Shown here one piece after another: positions 50,694-63,462 of a stretch of DNA of 64,000 nucleotides; the stretch's first letter is position 1, and each line of letters begins with the position of its first letter. A program made the position numbers and the translations under genes. The stretch is from Octopus sinensis (taxonomy: Eukaryota), in the NCBI RefSeq assembly GCF_006345805.1, contig NC_043007.1, positions 45,446,001 through 45,510,000 on the forward strand, given 5' to 3'. The notes below the pieces were generated by a model. The model did not search any database. It was not told the origin of the DNA and saw nothing but the letters and a program-made list of their open reading frames with translations.

Positions 50694-52295
50694 GTATGTA
50701 TATGTGTGTATCTATCTATCTATCAATATATATATATATCCATCTCTCCTCCCTCTCCCTGTGTATGTGTGTATGTGTGTGTATGTGCATGTTAAAATAC
50801 AGACGTATTTTAGTAAACATGCACTTCAATTTTCTCTGTAAAATATAGATGTTACATTTAAAACATTTTTCTCTTTTCATTCGGATAATGACAAACTGAA
50901 TTAAGAAGAATCGGTTAAGCAGCCCCAAAACTAACCAGTTTAGTTGTTTTTTCTCTTGACTCAGTTCAAAAAATATCATTCTAAAGATACAGTAATGCGT
51001 TCCAGTTTCCCGCCGCATTCACCCGTTTATTATCAGTTATTCCACATGTTCCCTAATCATACAAGGTTACCTTTAAGGTACTGAGGTATTTTGAATTACA
51101 ATATTATGGTATATCTTTTCGACTTTGAAGACAGTGGAGCATGATATAATGAAATTTGATTGCTATTTCTTGCAAGTCGAAAGATGACAGCTCTCTTTTA
51201 TTAACCTGTATTACCTATAATTGTTATTGTTATTGTTCTGATGTCTTTGGTCATCTAATACGAAAGGCGCTACACAAAATCCCTGTATTTTATTTTAAAT
51301 CTGAATGGGGTTCTTTCAGATTTATATCTTCGACCATTGAAAAGATTTGTCATACTCTACCTTGTAGTTTTTATTATGTTTCTCTGAGATGTAAATTCAA
51401 AACCCACCAAGGTCAACTTTGTTTGAGAGAGGAAACTTGCATGTAACATGTTGATCCATAAAACGTTCGCCGTATGAAACAAACATCTGATTCATGTCCC
51501 TTACAGACCTCCCGCCATTAAAGTTTCTGACAGTTTTTACCAGTAGCGTCGCCTTTAGCTTTCTTGAGAAAAACCGTAATTAAAGTTGATGAATATTACT
51601 TCAATTACGATTATAATTTGAACTAATAACCATCCTCCACTCATTAATCATATTGCTGTTAGCATTTGTGAACAAATTTATTTTCCTTATGATTATATAT
51701 CATCTTATATCCAGGTTAAGATTAATCCATCACTTTATTAACCAATGTATTTAAATTTCACTGCACTACTTTGTTTCACGAACCAGCGTGATTGCTTTCA
51801 TGTGGTTGATCACTGGCATACTAAACATCAATCAAATCTCCCTCAAAGCACAGTCTATGGTCTTGCCAAATGAGGAAGGGCACATTTGATAATGTACTGC
51901 TAAATATACCATGGTGGTTGTGATGGATCTGTATCACTCGACAATAAGGTTTCATTTATTCAATGATCAGAATTATCTTCTTTCGAATTAACTTGTAACT
52001 GTGAATTCCATAGAAGCGTGTACCCTTAACGTGATTCTTATGCAGAATCAACATAACATATTGTGTGATAACGGTATATCTTTTGAACTACAGATACAAT
52101 CTACCCAATGGGCATGTATACTATTTACATCTACCCGATCTAATTTACAATATATGTATTGGCTCGAGGCTATAGAAAATGTGTGCGGAAAATGTATTGC
52201 AGTGTGATCGGAAGCACAACCTGGTGTTTACGAAGCGAATTCATCAACCATTTGGCCATAAACCTGTCTAGGGTAAAGGAACGAGTTAGAAACAT

Positions 52296-52470
52296 TTTTA
52301 CCCTGCGCGCGTAAGCGAAAGCAGGATATTGTAATCACTCGTCTTTGCTTGTCTGTCTGTTTGTCTGTCTGTGTTTTTGCAAAATTACTGGAAAACAGTA
52401 GAACGGATTTTCACCACATTTGGGAGAGTGGCTCGAAATAAGGAACATTTGTTTGATTATCTTAAAAAAA
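52296..52470 (+). mobile_element. DINE-1/HINE-like (Helentron-associated) element 5' part
   Basis: TTTTTACCCTGCGCGCGTAAGCGAAAGCAGG start, (CTGT)n/(GTCT)n microsatellite, then aaaattactggaaaa...acggattttcacca. Confidence 0.55.
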
Positions 52471-53461
52471 AAATCAAACTTACAAATTTCCTGTAAGTGG
52501 TCATATTATTTTGTTCGCTTAATTTTTCATATCAACCGACCCTCGTTTGCGTGTATAGATCATGGTGCACCTCTGCGCGTAGATACGTGTGGGTACACAC
52601 ACATACATACATACATACATACATACATACATACATACATACATACATACATACAGAGATATGCGACTCTGTGTATGTGTGTGTGTATAATTACACACAC
52701 ACGGAGTATAATTACCTATAACAGTGATACTTAAAACAAAATGAATTCAGTTCAATTAAGAATCATTGGTAAGCCACCCACGGTAAGTGACACTATAATT
52801 TGCAAAACAACTTATCTGCGCAAATGGTATGCATCGCGCCTCCGATGCCTTATTTTTAAAATCAATTTTGTGTTTGTTGTTTTAGAGTTGACTTGCATCC
52901 AAATGACGATATGCGGACGAGAGTACTACCATGTAGTTAGTTTAAATGTTGTAAGCATTAGTATTCTCACCTACAAACCGAAGAATGAGATGTTTTGAGT
53001 AAAAACATACATTAAGTGCTATGCTTTTAAACACACCATGTTTGAAGTTAAAAAATGGAATCAGATCGCGTTGATAATAGATCCACTCCATCAGGTCTGA
53101 CCTGATGCTACAACAATGCCATCACTCTCCTTAAACAACTGAAAATATCTCTTGTGTCACTGGTTTTAGATATATGTAGTTATTGCAGTAATTCTGCTTC
53201 CCATAAAGCAATCAGCGCACATTAAAGAGAGACACTATGCCATTCAGAGTGTCATTTTGAAATATCGATTTCAAGCAGAGTTAACTCCCACAAACACACA
53301 CACACATATATTTATACATACATACATACACATACATATTTATGTGTATTTTGTGTATGTATGTGTGTATATATGTATATATATACATACACCCCCCCCA
53401 CACGCACACACGCACACGTGCATGGATATAAATATCCATATACGTATATATGCATATATTT

Positions 53462-53688
53462 CTTTACTGCCCACAAGGGGCTAAACGTAGAGGGGACAAA
53501 CAAGGACAGACGAAGGAATTGAGTCGATTATATCGACCCCAGTGCGAGACTGGTACTTTATTTATCGACTCCGAAAGGATGAAAGGCAAGGTTGACCTCG
53601 GCGGAATTTGAACTTAGAACGTAACGACAACGAAATACCGCTAAGCATTTCGCCCGGCGTGCTAACGTGTCTGCCAGCACGCCGCCTG
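53462..53688 (-). mobile_element. SINE family A, well preserved, alternative tail
   Basis: Reverse complement of ggcggcgtgctggcagacacgttagcacgccgggcgaaatgcttagcggtatttcg...gttctaagttcaaattccgccgagg. Confidence 0.85.
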
Positions 53689-53720
53689 CATATATATATA
53701 TATATATATATACATACATA

Positions 53721-54576
53721 CGGGATGCGATGGGTAAATTGTTACAATATATTTAATTTTGTGCATGGCCGTTGTTTTTAAATTTGTCGACTACACAGTA
53801 TAGTAGCGTCAGTTGGGCACCGTATGTGAGAAAAGACAAACAGCATGATGCAATTCACTCTCCCAGAAATTTGGAAACGACATGCTGTATTCACGCCGGA
53901 AGCACCAATACGTATATTTCAGAGTGTTTGGGTGTCAATCTGAAGACAGAGCAATCTGAGGACATGTACTGAGGGTGATAAAATTCAAACATCCTATCAG
54001 CATCATGGTGTTTGGAGTGATCACTAGTGATGGCGAAGTTATGCCTCCATTCATCTTTGCGCACAACCTCAGACTCAATACGGAATGCCGGGAGGAGATA
54101 GTGCTGCCAAGGGTCAAAAGAGTGGCAGCTGGAAGACTATTTGTTTGGTAACAGGACTCTGCACGATGCCACAGAAATAGGATAACTCAGTCATGATTGT
54201 CAGACAATTCCTGCGACCTCATTACCCCTAACGTTTGGTCACGTAACTCCCCAGACTGCAACTCTCTTGATTATTATGTATGGGGTGCAATTGACCAAGA
54301 GAACAATAAAATGTCTTGTTGCACCAAAGATAAATTGAAGGCAAGGATTAAGGCAGCATTCACCAACTTAACAAGGAGACCGTTCAGAAGAGTTGTAGGA
54401 GCATCCAAAGTCGTCTGGAGGCCGTGGTTGAAACCAATGGTAATTTTGTTGAATAAATTTACTCTTAAGTGTTTCAAGATATTTTAATGTAATTTTGGTA
54501 AATGTATGTTAAATTGAGCTGTCAGTGTTATTTCCATTTTGCGTTATTTTCCTCGACAATTTATTCATCGTACCCC
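53721..54576 (+). mobile_element. Internally deleted DD37D (maT-type) Tc1/mariner element
   Basis: Imperfect ~24-bp TIRs (CGGGATGCGATGGGTAAATTGT vs reverse complement GGGGTACGATGAATAAATTGT); KHPISIMVFGVITSDG, QDSA...W..NSPDCNSLDYYVWG with 37 codons between the second and third D. Confidence 0.85.
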
Positions 54577-54609
54577 CACTCTCTCTCTGTCTGTCTCTCT
54601 CTCTCTCTG

Positions 54610-54694
<85 letters not shown>

Positions 54695-55723
54695 GTACTG
54701 ACACACATACACAAGTACACAAAATGTCACACATACTAGTGTGCAGATACACATCATCAAATATCAAGTGCCAAAAATGTAGCCGACAACACTTGTTGGT
54801 GTTGTTGCCAACAACATGAGACATTTAGGTCATAACATATGTCTCCTTTGAAACTAACTCATCCACCCCGATCTGTATAAGAAAGAAAAAAAATTATTTA
54901 AAAGTCAACGGGAATTGAACAGTAACAAGCTATAATCATAAAACGCAAAATCAACGAGGTTATTTGACACCGTCATACACAAACATGTACAGCAGATGCA
55001 CTCGCATGTTAAAATATACGCACTTGCACACATACGAACAGGGAGAAAGAGACTTTATTTATTTATTTATTTGGCTGTCGGAGAGGACAAATACAGTAAA
55101 ACGAAAATGTAAGACAAATTGTAACAACGATGAAATGTAGAATAATCATTCAACATACAGGCAAAGGAACAAAAGAAAAATAGTGGTAGTAGTAGTAGTA
55201 GCAGCAGCAGCAGTTATAATAGTAGTAGTAGTAACAATAATATTGGTAATACTAACAATGCAAAAAGGCAACAAAATGAGCTTGTAGAAAAAAAAATTGA
55301 AAAACTGTCATTACAGATGCGTCTAACCTCTAATGATGCTCAAATTATAGAGAACTAGCAACAGTTATTTTGTTTCGTAATAAAATACAGTAAGGTATGT
55401 TTAGCTTTAAGGACGCTTATGTCAAAGGTTGTTGAGTAATAATGGTAGATACTTTATTTTATTCTATATTCTATTTTTATATGTTTTTTACGTTTATGAT
55501 TCCGTGATTTTCTTTTAGCTCTGTTTGGTTTTCGATGTAAGATAAAATTACTTGCATGACGTAGCTGTTATCATCAAATGCAATAACCGTTTTCTGAAAA
55601 GACTTGATTTACTCGTAAAACGAAGTGTACACTCATATTATTTGCTTACAAAACTTTCAACACACGTTTTTTTTCTTTTTTTCTTTTCTTTTTGCAGTAA
55701 CACAAGTAATTTACTCGATGACG

Positions 55724-55754
<31 letters not shown>

Positions 55755-55906
55755 CGATGATATCGACGATGCTGATGCAAACGATGGCAAAATTGCGAAC
55801 AAAACAAATGACGATTTACGATTACAGAAATAATGCTGCTTTAGTATGTTACGCCGATTGCAACTAATAATGATAATGGTAATGATTACTGTGATAATAT
55901 TCTTTC

Positions 55907-55969
<63 letters not shown>

Positions 55970-55993
55970 TATATATATATATACATACATACA

Positions 55994-56029
<36 letters not shown>

Positions 56030-56035
56030 CATATA

Positions 56036-56087
56036 CTAGCGATGTAGCCCGGCGTTGCCAGGGTGTTATGACCTACATTCACATTGT

Positions 56088-56132
<45 letters not shown>

Positions 56133-56336
56133 GATAGATACACACATGTACATACTCACACACAATGATATATATATGTATGACTGTGTGGTAAGAAACT
56201 CGCTGCTCAACCACATGGTTCCGGGTTCAGTCTCACTGCGTGGCATCTTGGGCATGCGATTTTACTATAGCCTCGGGCCGACCAAAGCGTTCTGAGGAGA
56301 TTTGGTTCACGGAAACTGAAAGAGGCACATCGAATA

Positions 56337-56407
<71 letters not shown>

Positions 56408-56444
56408 TATATACATACATACACACACACATATATGTATATAT

Positions 56445-56493
<49 letters not shown>

Positions 56494-57249
56494 AGATATA
56501 GATGTATATAAATGCCCAAAATAGAATAAAAACGTAACAGACGATAATAAAATCATACGGACAGATATGTGGACGATACAAAGACGGACTGGAAAAAGGA
56601 AGTTTCCAAATTATCATTACTGTTCCGACCTGTTGCACTTGACACTATTCAAAATTGGTTGGCCCCAAAAATCTAAGCTAAGAGCATTAAATTTTGGGAA
56701 GAAAACCAGCGAATGTGTACGACAACACAGACAAATAAAAAAGAGAGCCCAAAGAAAATGTTACACGATTACAAATACAAACAACAAGAGACTAATAACA
56801 GGTGTCTTTCAACTAATAAGGATGAATCAATTTGAGCTGGCGTGTGTGGAGTGAAAGCATTGAGATACAAATATATATTTGTAGGAGCAAAACTCCCCCC
56901 GGTGCTGAGTTGTCAAACATTTAAACCAAATTCACTCAACTTGTCCGACCGTCCCATAGGTCTCCCCTTTGAGAAACACTGATATAACCTAAATTTGAGA
57001 CATAAGCAAAAGAAGAAATAAAGATAGACTTTTTTCTATTAAGAAAAAAACGATTTTACAAATGCACGTTCCCACCGCTTTATCGAACGCATTCTCACCT
57101 GGAATCGATTTTTGTAATTTTTTCAAGACTTATACGCGCCCTGATACCGTCGGTATCTGCATATCAAATTTGAGCGCAATCGGATGGAGGATGCCCGAGA
57201 TCCTAGAAGACACCCAAACAGACAGACAGAACGTATTTTATATAATAGA
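56036..57249 (-). mobile_element. Non-autonomous Helitron (~1.2 kb) containing microsatellites and a nested SINE B head (56180-56335)
   Basis: Minus strand begins A|TC at 57249 and ends CTAG|T at 56036, with a GC-rich hairpin (CCCTGGCAACGCCGGG) about 10 nt before the end; (ACAG)n near the 5' end. Confidence 0.7.
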
Positions 57250-57595
57250 TATATATACCGGCACCAGTATTTTTATTTGAAGACCGGTTCTTATTCGATC
57301 ACTCTTTATGACGAATCGTTAGCTCACTTAGTTGTAAACGCCAACAGTCAAGTGGTCGGGTCACGATAGACAAAAGCTCACACCCACAGACACTGATATA
57401 CACAAGCACAACGGAATTCCACACAGATTACGTCTATCATATTCTTTCAAATTGCAATCGTGTTCAATAGGTAACCAAAGAGGTCTGGACACGAAACCGC
57501 ACAGTTGCAATGCGAGTTTCTTAACTACGCAGCTATATCAGGTCCTACACGCATATACATACACGCGCACGCATACATATATGTATGTATTTATG

Positions 57596-58570
57596 TGTGT
57601 GTGTGTGGTGTGTGTGTGTGTGTGTGTGTGTAGGAGGTGATATGACGTGTGGTTAAGAAATTCGCTTTGCAACTAAATAGTTTCGTGTTCGGACACTTAC
57701 ACGAATCCTTTGTTACCTAGAGCTCATGTATATATGTATGGTGAGGGCGCGTGGCTTGGTGGTTAGGGCATTCGGCTCATGATCGTAAGGTTGTGAGTTC
57801 GTTTCCCGGCGACGCGTTGTGTCCTTGAGCAAGACACTTTATTTCACGTTGCTCCAGTCCACTCAGCTGGCAAAAATGAGTTGTACTTGTATTTCAAAGG
57901 GTCAGCCTTGTCACTCTCTGTGTCACGCTGATTATCCCCGAGAACTACGTTAAGGGTACACGTGTCTGTGGAATGCTAAGCCATTTGCACGTTAATTTCA
58001 CGAGCAAGCTGTTCCGTTGATCGTATCAGCTGGGACCCTCGTCGTCGTAACCGGCGGAGTCTTTTTTTTTTTAATATATGTATGTGTGTGTGTGTGGTGT
58101 GTGTGTGTGTAGGAGGTGATATGACGTGTGGTTAAGAAATTCGCTTTGCAACTAAATAGTTTCGTGTTCGGACACTTACACGAATCCTTTGTTACCTAGA
58201 GCTCATGTATATATGTATGGTGAGGGCGCGTGGCTTGGTGGTTAGGGCATTCGGCTCATGATCGTAAGGTTGTGAGTTCGTTTCCGGCGACGCGTTGTGT
58301 CCTTGAGCAAGACACTTTATTTCACGTTGCTCCAGTCCACTCAGCTGGCAAAAATGAGTTGTACTTGTATTTCAAAGGGTCAGCCTTGTCACTCTCTGTG
58401 TCACGCTGATTATCCCCGAGAACTACGTTAAGGGTACACGTGTCTGTGGAATGCTAAGCCATTTGCACGTTAATTTCACGAGCAAGCTGTTCCGTTGATC
58501 GTATCAGCTGGGACCCTCGTCGTCGTAACCGGCGGAGTCTTTTTTTTTTTAATATATGTATGTGTGTGTG
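57596..58570 (+). repeat. Near-identical tandem duplication, period ~479 bp, bounded by (TG)n
   Basis: TAGGAGGTGATATGACG at 57631 and 58110; units differ only by single-base indels and repeat-run lengths. Confidence 0.95.
57740..58062 (+). mobile_element. tRNA-derived CORE-SINE family C (second copy 58219-58540)
   Basis: A box TGGCTTGGTGG, B box GAGTTCGTTTCC, CORE-like GTGTCCTTGAGCAAGACACTTTATTTCACGTTGCTCCAGTCCACTCAGCTG. Confidence 0.85.
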
Positions 58571-58867
58571 TGTGTGTGTGTGAATATATACTATCAGTCG
58601 TTTCCTGGATTTACTCGCTACTGATATTTGCTCTCCCCTGTAACTAACTAGTGGCTGACAGATATAACACCTACCAGACATCTATCACTAAAACTTTGTA
58701 GGTATTTTTGCTTCTCCTATTTTCTTATGGAAAGACAGTAAAATTTACACTATTCCGCCATAGTATCGTGCCACCTCGATGATTAAACGCCATGTGTGAA
58801 TGTGTATACGCTGACTCGTATTAATAGATACGTTTGTGTAAGTGTGAGAATGTAGCAACCTATGCGT

Positions 58868-59080
58868 AAGGCGGCGAGATGACTGAATCGTTAGCACGCT
58901 GAGAAAAATGCTGAGCGGCACTTCGTCTGTCATTGCGTTCTGAGTTCAAATTCCGCCAAGGACCACTTTCATTCTTTCGAGGACGATAAAATATGTACCA
59001 GTTGAGCACTAGAGTTGATGTAATCGACCTAACCCCTACCCCCAAATCGCTGGTCTTCTGCCAAAATTCGAAACCAATAT
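58868..59080 (+). mobile_element. SINE family A
   Basis: aggcggcgagatgactgaatcgttagcacg...ttctgagttcaaattccgcc...gaaaccaata. Confidence 0.85.
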
Positions 59081-59331
59081 AGTGACCTATGCAAACAAAT
59101 TTTCGTATATTTTCTTTCTGTGAGTAATTATGTGATCGTATACATGTATAATCTGTTACACAATGTGCGAGTACTTATGCGAGGTACTACAAAGAAAAGG
59201 ATATATAGGCCATAAATAGTATATAGCCGCTCTCTTACATCCATACTACATGCATAAGTACAAACACGCCTATTTTTCTTTTTCATTATCTTTTTAATCT
59301 TATATATATATATTGAATTTATATCTATCTT

Positions 59332-59376
<45 letters not shown>

Positions 59377-59420
59377 TTATCTATCTATCAATCTATCTAT
59401 CTATCTATCTATCTATCTCT

Positions 59421-59500
<80 letters not shown>

Positions 59501-60189
59501 ATTTATTTTCCTTAGCCATTGCGCGGTGATCGCCATAAGCTTTAAGCTTATATAAAAATACCATTATTATTATTTATAGGATTATAAACGCGGTGCCGTA
59601 TAAAGAAAAACATTCGCGCCGAAAGCATATATATACATATATATATTTACATGCATACATATATACAAACATATATATGTGGGGGGTGTATACATATATA
59701 TATAAATATATATAAACATGTATATATTAGTACATATGAATTTATGCGTATATATGCATGTATATGCATATATATGAATACACACACATGTACACTCACA
59801 CACACAAGCTATCAAAATGCAATACATATGCATAATTATGGGGTTAGATAGAAGTTATGCTAGTAGATAGATTTATAGATGAAAGAATGAATATCTTTGT
59901 ACGGTTGTACTTAATTTTGCATTTAACCTAGCAAAGATGGCGTCAGTTGCTCAGGTTTCACCAGAATCATGCCAATTATGTCATATTTGTTACAAAATTG
60001 GTGTTATTAATCTAAACCTGGTGACAACTACATTTTAAAATTGTCTTTGACATTCAACGACCTTCTCACTTTTAGTGTAGTTTTATTCTTTGAACGATTT
60101 ATAGACTCTAACGTTGGTTACAATTTTTGATAGACATCAGTACTATGTGGAATTTGATTTTGAGTTCTAACGTTATTATTACTGATGTT

Positions 60190-60545
60190 AGACGTGTCTG
60201 TGCAGTAAGAAACTTGATGTCCAGGTTCAGTCTCACTGCGTGGCACCTTGGGCAAGTGTTTTCTACTATAGTCCTCAGGCTGACTAACGCCTTGTGGGTG
60301 GATTTGGTAGATAGGAACTGAAAGAAGCCCGTCGTATCAATGTATATTTATGTATAAGTGTCTGTGTTTGTCCACCACGACCGCTTGGCAAGCTGTGTTG
60401 GCGTGTTTACGTATCCGCGACGTAGCGGTTCGACAAAAGTAGCAAGGTAAGTAGTAGGCTTTAAAAATATAACTACTCGGGTGTATTCATTCGACTAAAA
60501 AGTCTTCAAGGTGGTGCCCCGTATGGCTGCAGTCTAACGTTTGAA
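60190..60545 (+). mobile_element. SINE family B
   Basis: aggttcagtctcactgcgtggcaccttgggcaagtg...ggtggtgccccgtatggctgcagtc. Confidence 0.8.
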
Positions 60546-61089
60546 AAAAGTCTTTTAAAAAATGCTTTAAAAATGTCATTATTGGGAGTATTCTGCTTTT
60601 GTTTGTCGGGATGCAACTCAGGAATGGTAAAAATATAGGATAACACCCGACAAACACGGTGAATTACGTCGGTGAAAGAGAAATTCTAACAGAAAATGTG
60701 CTAATGCAATATTATTATTAAAATCTTGTGGTAATTCGTTTAAAAACATTAACAATACCTCAGTGTATATATATGCGTTTATAAAACTATATTAAAATGA
60801 TGTAAAAATAAATCATAATTTTATGTCCCTATTTACCATTTTATTAAAGATGGCTCTCAATATATTTGGCTCACATAAAGTCGGAAATCCACACATACAT
60901 GTACATACGCATTCATATACAACCTACAATATATATATATATATATATATGTATGTATATCTATAAGTGTGTGTGTGTTTGTGTTTATGCATAATAAACC
61001 TACTCATGTAAATATATGGATAAATATATGGATATATATATGCATAAATATATGGATATATGTAGTAATGTGTTAATATACATATGACG

Positions 61090-61990
61090 GTATATGGTTT
61101 GAAAGTTAAAAGCCTTCCCACAGCAAACAACATTAACAATGACATACTTTGTCCAGTTGCGTCTTGTGCATCTTTGCTGTTTTATACTTTCATTGAAATC
61201 CTCAAGTGTCCTTGCATTGTTACATATATTTATTACTCGATTTCATGTTTCTTTGTCTGATCAAATTGCCGAGATTTGTTTGCATAGGTTGCTGGAGAGA
61301 TTTCTAAGAACATTTCCTGGGTGGTTTCAGTTACTGTATCTATAAGCTGGAGCGGTTTGGCTTAATATGAATTTGGAATTTATTCCCGGCTGACGCCCAA
61401 TGTTTCATCCAAAAAGTTGACTATTTTGAGGTTGATAAATATTATGATTTTGAAGTTCTGGTCGTTGAACTGTTTGTTTAGGTATTCCCTGAATTTATCT
61501 GCCAGTTGCTAGTTTACATTTTTTCTAGAGATAAACAAACTGTCACATATTTTGTTTTCCTCCTCTTTAATGCTTTGCAATTCAATATATATTTCATTTA
61601 AAGTACATACTAATAATTTTTCAAATTTCTGCAGAATATCTAACACTCTTGTTTATTTTGCAGAAATCAATGTAGTATCGTTTTTCATAGTTGTTTTGTT
61701 ATGGAAGGTTAAAATTTTGCGAAGGGGCTTTCGAGATGTTGAGAAGTCAATTATATATATAAAAATGTAAAGGCTGATTCATTTCTGCCTGGGATGTAGA
61801 AAATCTGGTTTGTTGATTTTTATGTATCTGGTTTGTGGATACATTACGATTAGTTTGGTATTCGTTGAATTGAGACGTCTTTTGGAGCGATTATTCATAA
61901 ATTTAAGATTAGTGTTTAATAATTACGTAAGTTTATTCAGGGTGGGATTTTTTTAGCTTATCATTATGCCAGATATTTTTTTTTATATTT
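61090..61990 (-). mobile_element. Heavily decayed Penelope-like RT/thumb fragment
   Basis: NLKIVNFLD, IKPN, NHPGNVLRNL..N..KQISAI*SDKE and RRNW.KYVI...GKAF remnants match PLE NLK.V.FLDV / KPN / NHP..I.K.I..RIS..SSD motifs. Confidence 0.7.
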
Positions 61991-62049
61991 AATATTTTAT
62001 TATGATAATTAGAAATGCTTGGCTGAATTTAGATATATATCTCTGCGTG

Positions 62050-62560
62050 CTCTGATATTACATAGAACAGGCGTCGAATTTACTTTGAACCGTTATGAAA
62101 AATCTCCTCGAGGAATGTGAAGACGTAGGCTGGAAAGCGGAACATTTTCCTATCGAAGTCGGATGTAGAGGGTTTGTTGGACACAGCGTGAGACGACTGT
62201 TGTTATCGATAGGCTTAACTGGTCGTAAAGTCAATACCACCATGACTGATATCCAATCTACAGTGGAGAAGTCTAGCCACTGGATTTGGTTAAAAAGAGA
62301 CGATGAGCGATGGCTAGAAGTATATTGAGTTCTTCATAACCAGCTGATCTAGCAAGCGGGGCCTCATATCAGTGAGGGGTGCCGGTGCGCATTGATGCCG
62401 TCGAGAGGTAGGCCCCGAAACGGCGCGCATTCTCTCCTGATGACCCCATACACTTGCTAGCTTCCGGTATACGGAGCTTTTAACTGGTAACACTTGCATG
62501 TGCAAGTTGTTTGCAAGACATCTAAGCTGTGTACTGCTCCTGGGTTCGTTATAGTAAACT
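62050..62560 (+). mobile_element. 3' end of a HERO-clade-like restriction-endonuclease non-LTR retrotransposon with GC-rich 3'UTR
   Basis: NLLEECEDVGWKAEHFPIEVGCRGFVGHSVRRLLLSIGLTG...EKSSHWIWLKRDDERW* matches the EC...GW....P.EVGCRGF.G.S...L..LG..G...E.AS.W.W.KR pattern. Confidence 0.8.
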
Positions 62561-63197
62561 ACATGAATCTTCCAAAATATGTATTCTTGCATTTCTCATA
62601 AAGATTGATAACGTCTTGGTGATGTTGTTGTCAGTTTTGCCTTGTAATTGAGAAATGGCTGTCAGACTATAACTGTTATTTTACATAGCGGCTAAGGTAA
62701 ACGTTGATTTTTAAACATACAAATATAGAGATCTCGATGACTCGATTAAAACTAATGGTTTCTGTCAAACATCCTTCGACTTTAGATGACCTTTCCCATT
62801 GTGAAATTTTTATTATATCATTCTTCCAATAGCAGCTAGACATCTGATAGCTTATAATATTGATTTGATAAAAAAGAAATTAATAGGATAACTTTGTTCC
62901 TCAAATATTGATAGGTATTATACATCAATACATGCGTAATATATCACACACACACATACGCGCACACAGAGAGGCACGCGCGCGCGAACACATACAGACA
63001 GACGGGCAGACTGACTGACAGACATACACACACACACAAACAAAAAGGCACACGCTCACGTGTCATATTTGGCTATTAAAAAGTGATAGCGACAATACAA
63101 AACAATGCTAATTATCTTTTTTCTTTCATAGACTGCATATTTATCAATTTTTTAAGCTCACTTGGAAAGTAATAAAACCACTACGCCATATGCCCGT

Positions 63198-63270
63198 GGG
63201 CATGTGGCGTAGTGGTTAAGAGCGCGGGCTACTAACCCTAATATTCCGAGTTCGATTCCAAGCAGTGACC
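63198..63270 (+). ncRNA. tRNA-like (Thr/Ser-like) Pol III head; SINE head rather than functional tRNA
   Basis: A box TGGCGTAGTGG (63205-63215), B box GAGTTCGATTCC (63248-63259), anticodon loop CTACTAA; acceptor and T stems imperfect. Confidence 0.7.
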
Positions 63271-63271
63271 T

Positions 63272-63293
63272 GAACAACAACAACAACAACAAC

Positions 63294-63364
<71 letters not shown>

Positions 63365-63369
63365 CAACA
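63272..63369. repeat. (AAC)n/(AAT)n array linking tRNA-like head and hammerhead tail
   Basis: Direct reading. Confidence 0.95.
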
Positions 63370-63416
63370 TCGAAAAATACCTTAAGAATGAGAACCCAGG
63401 TTCGAAATTCCCCCAA

Positions 63417-63462
63417 GACACCTGAAGAAGGCAGGAGGGTATATCGGCCGAAACATTGTATT
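63417..63462 (+). ncRNA. Minimal type I hammerhead, mutated copy
   Basis: GACAC-CUGAAGA-A-GGC(...)GCC-GAAAC-AUU/GUAUU; two G>A changes relative to the 17.5-kb copy disrupt stems III and I. Confidence 0.6.

Noticed and set aside
63198-63270. Functional tRNA gene with unusual ACT anticodon
   Set aside because: Acceptor and T stems do not pair fully and it runs into a microsatellite, as expected for a SINE-type head.
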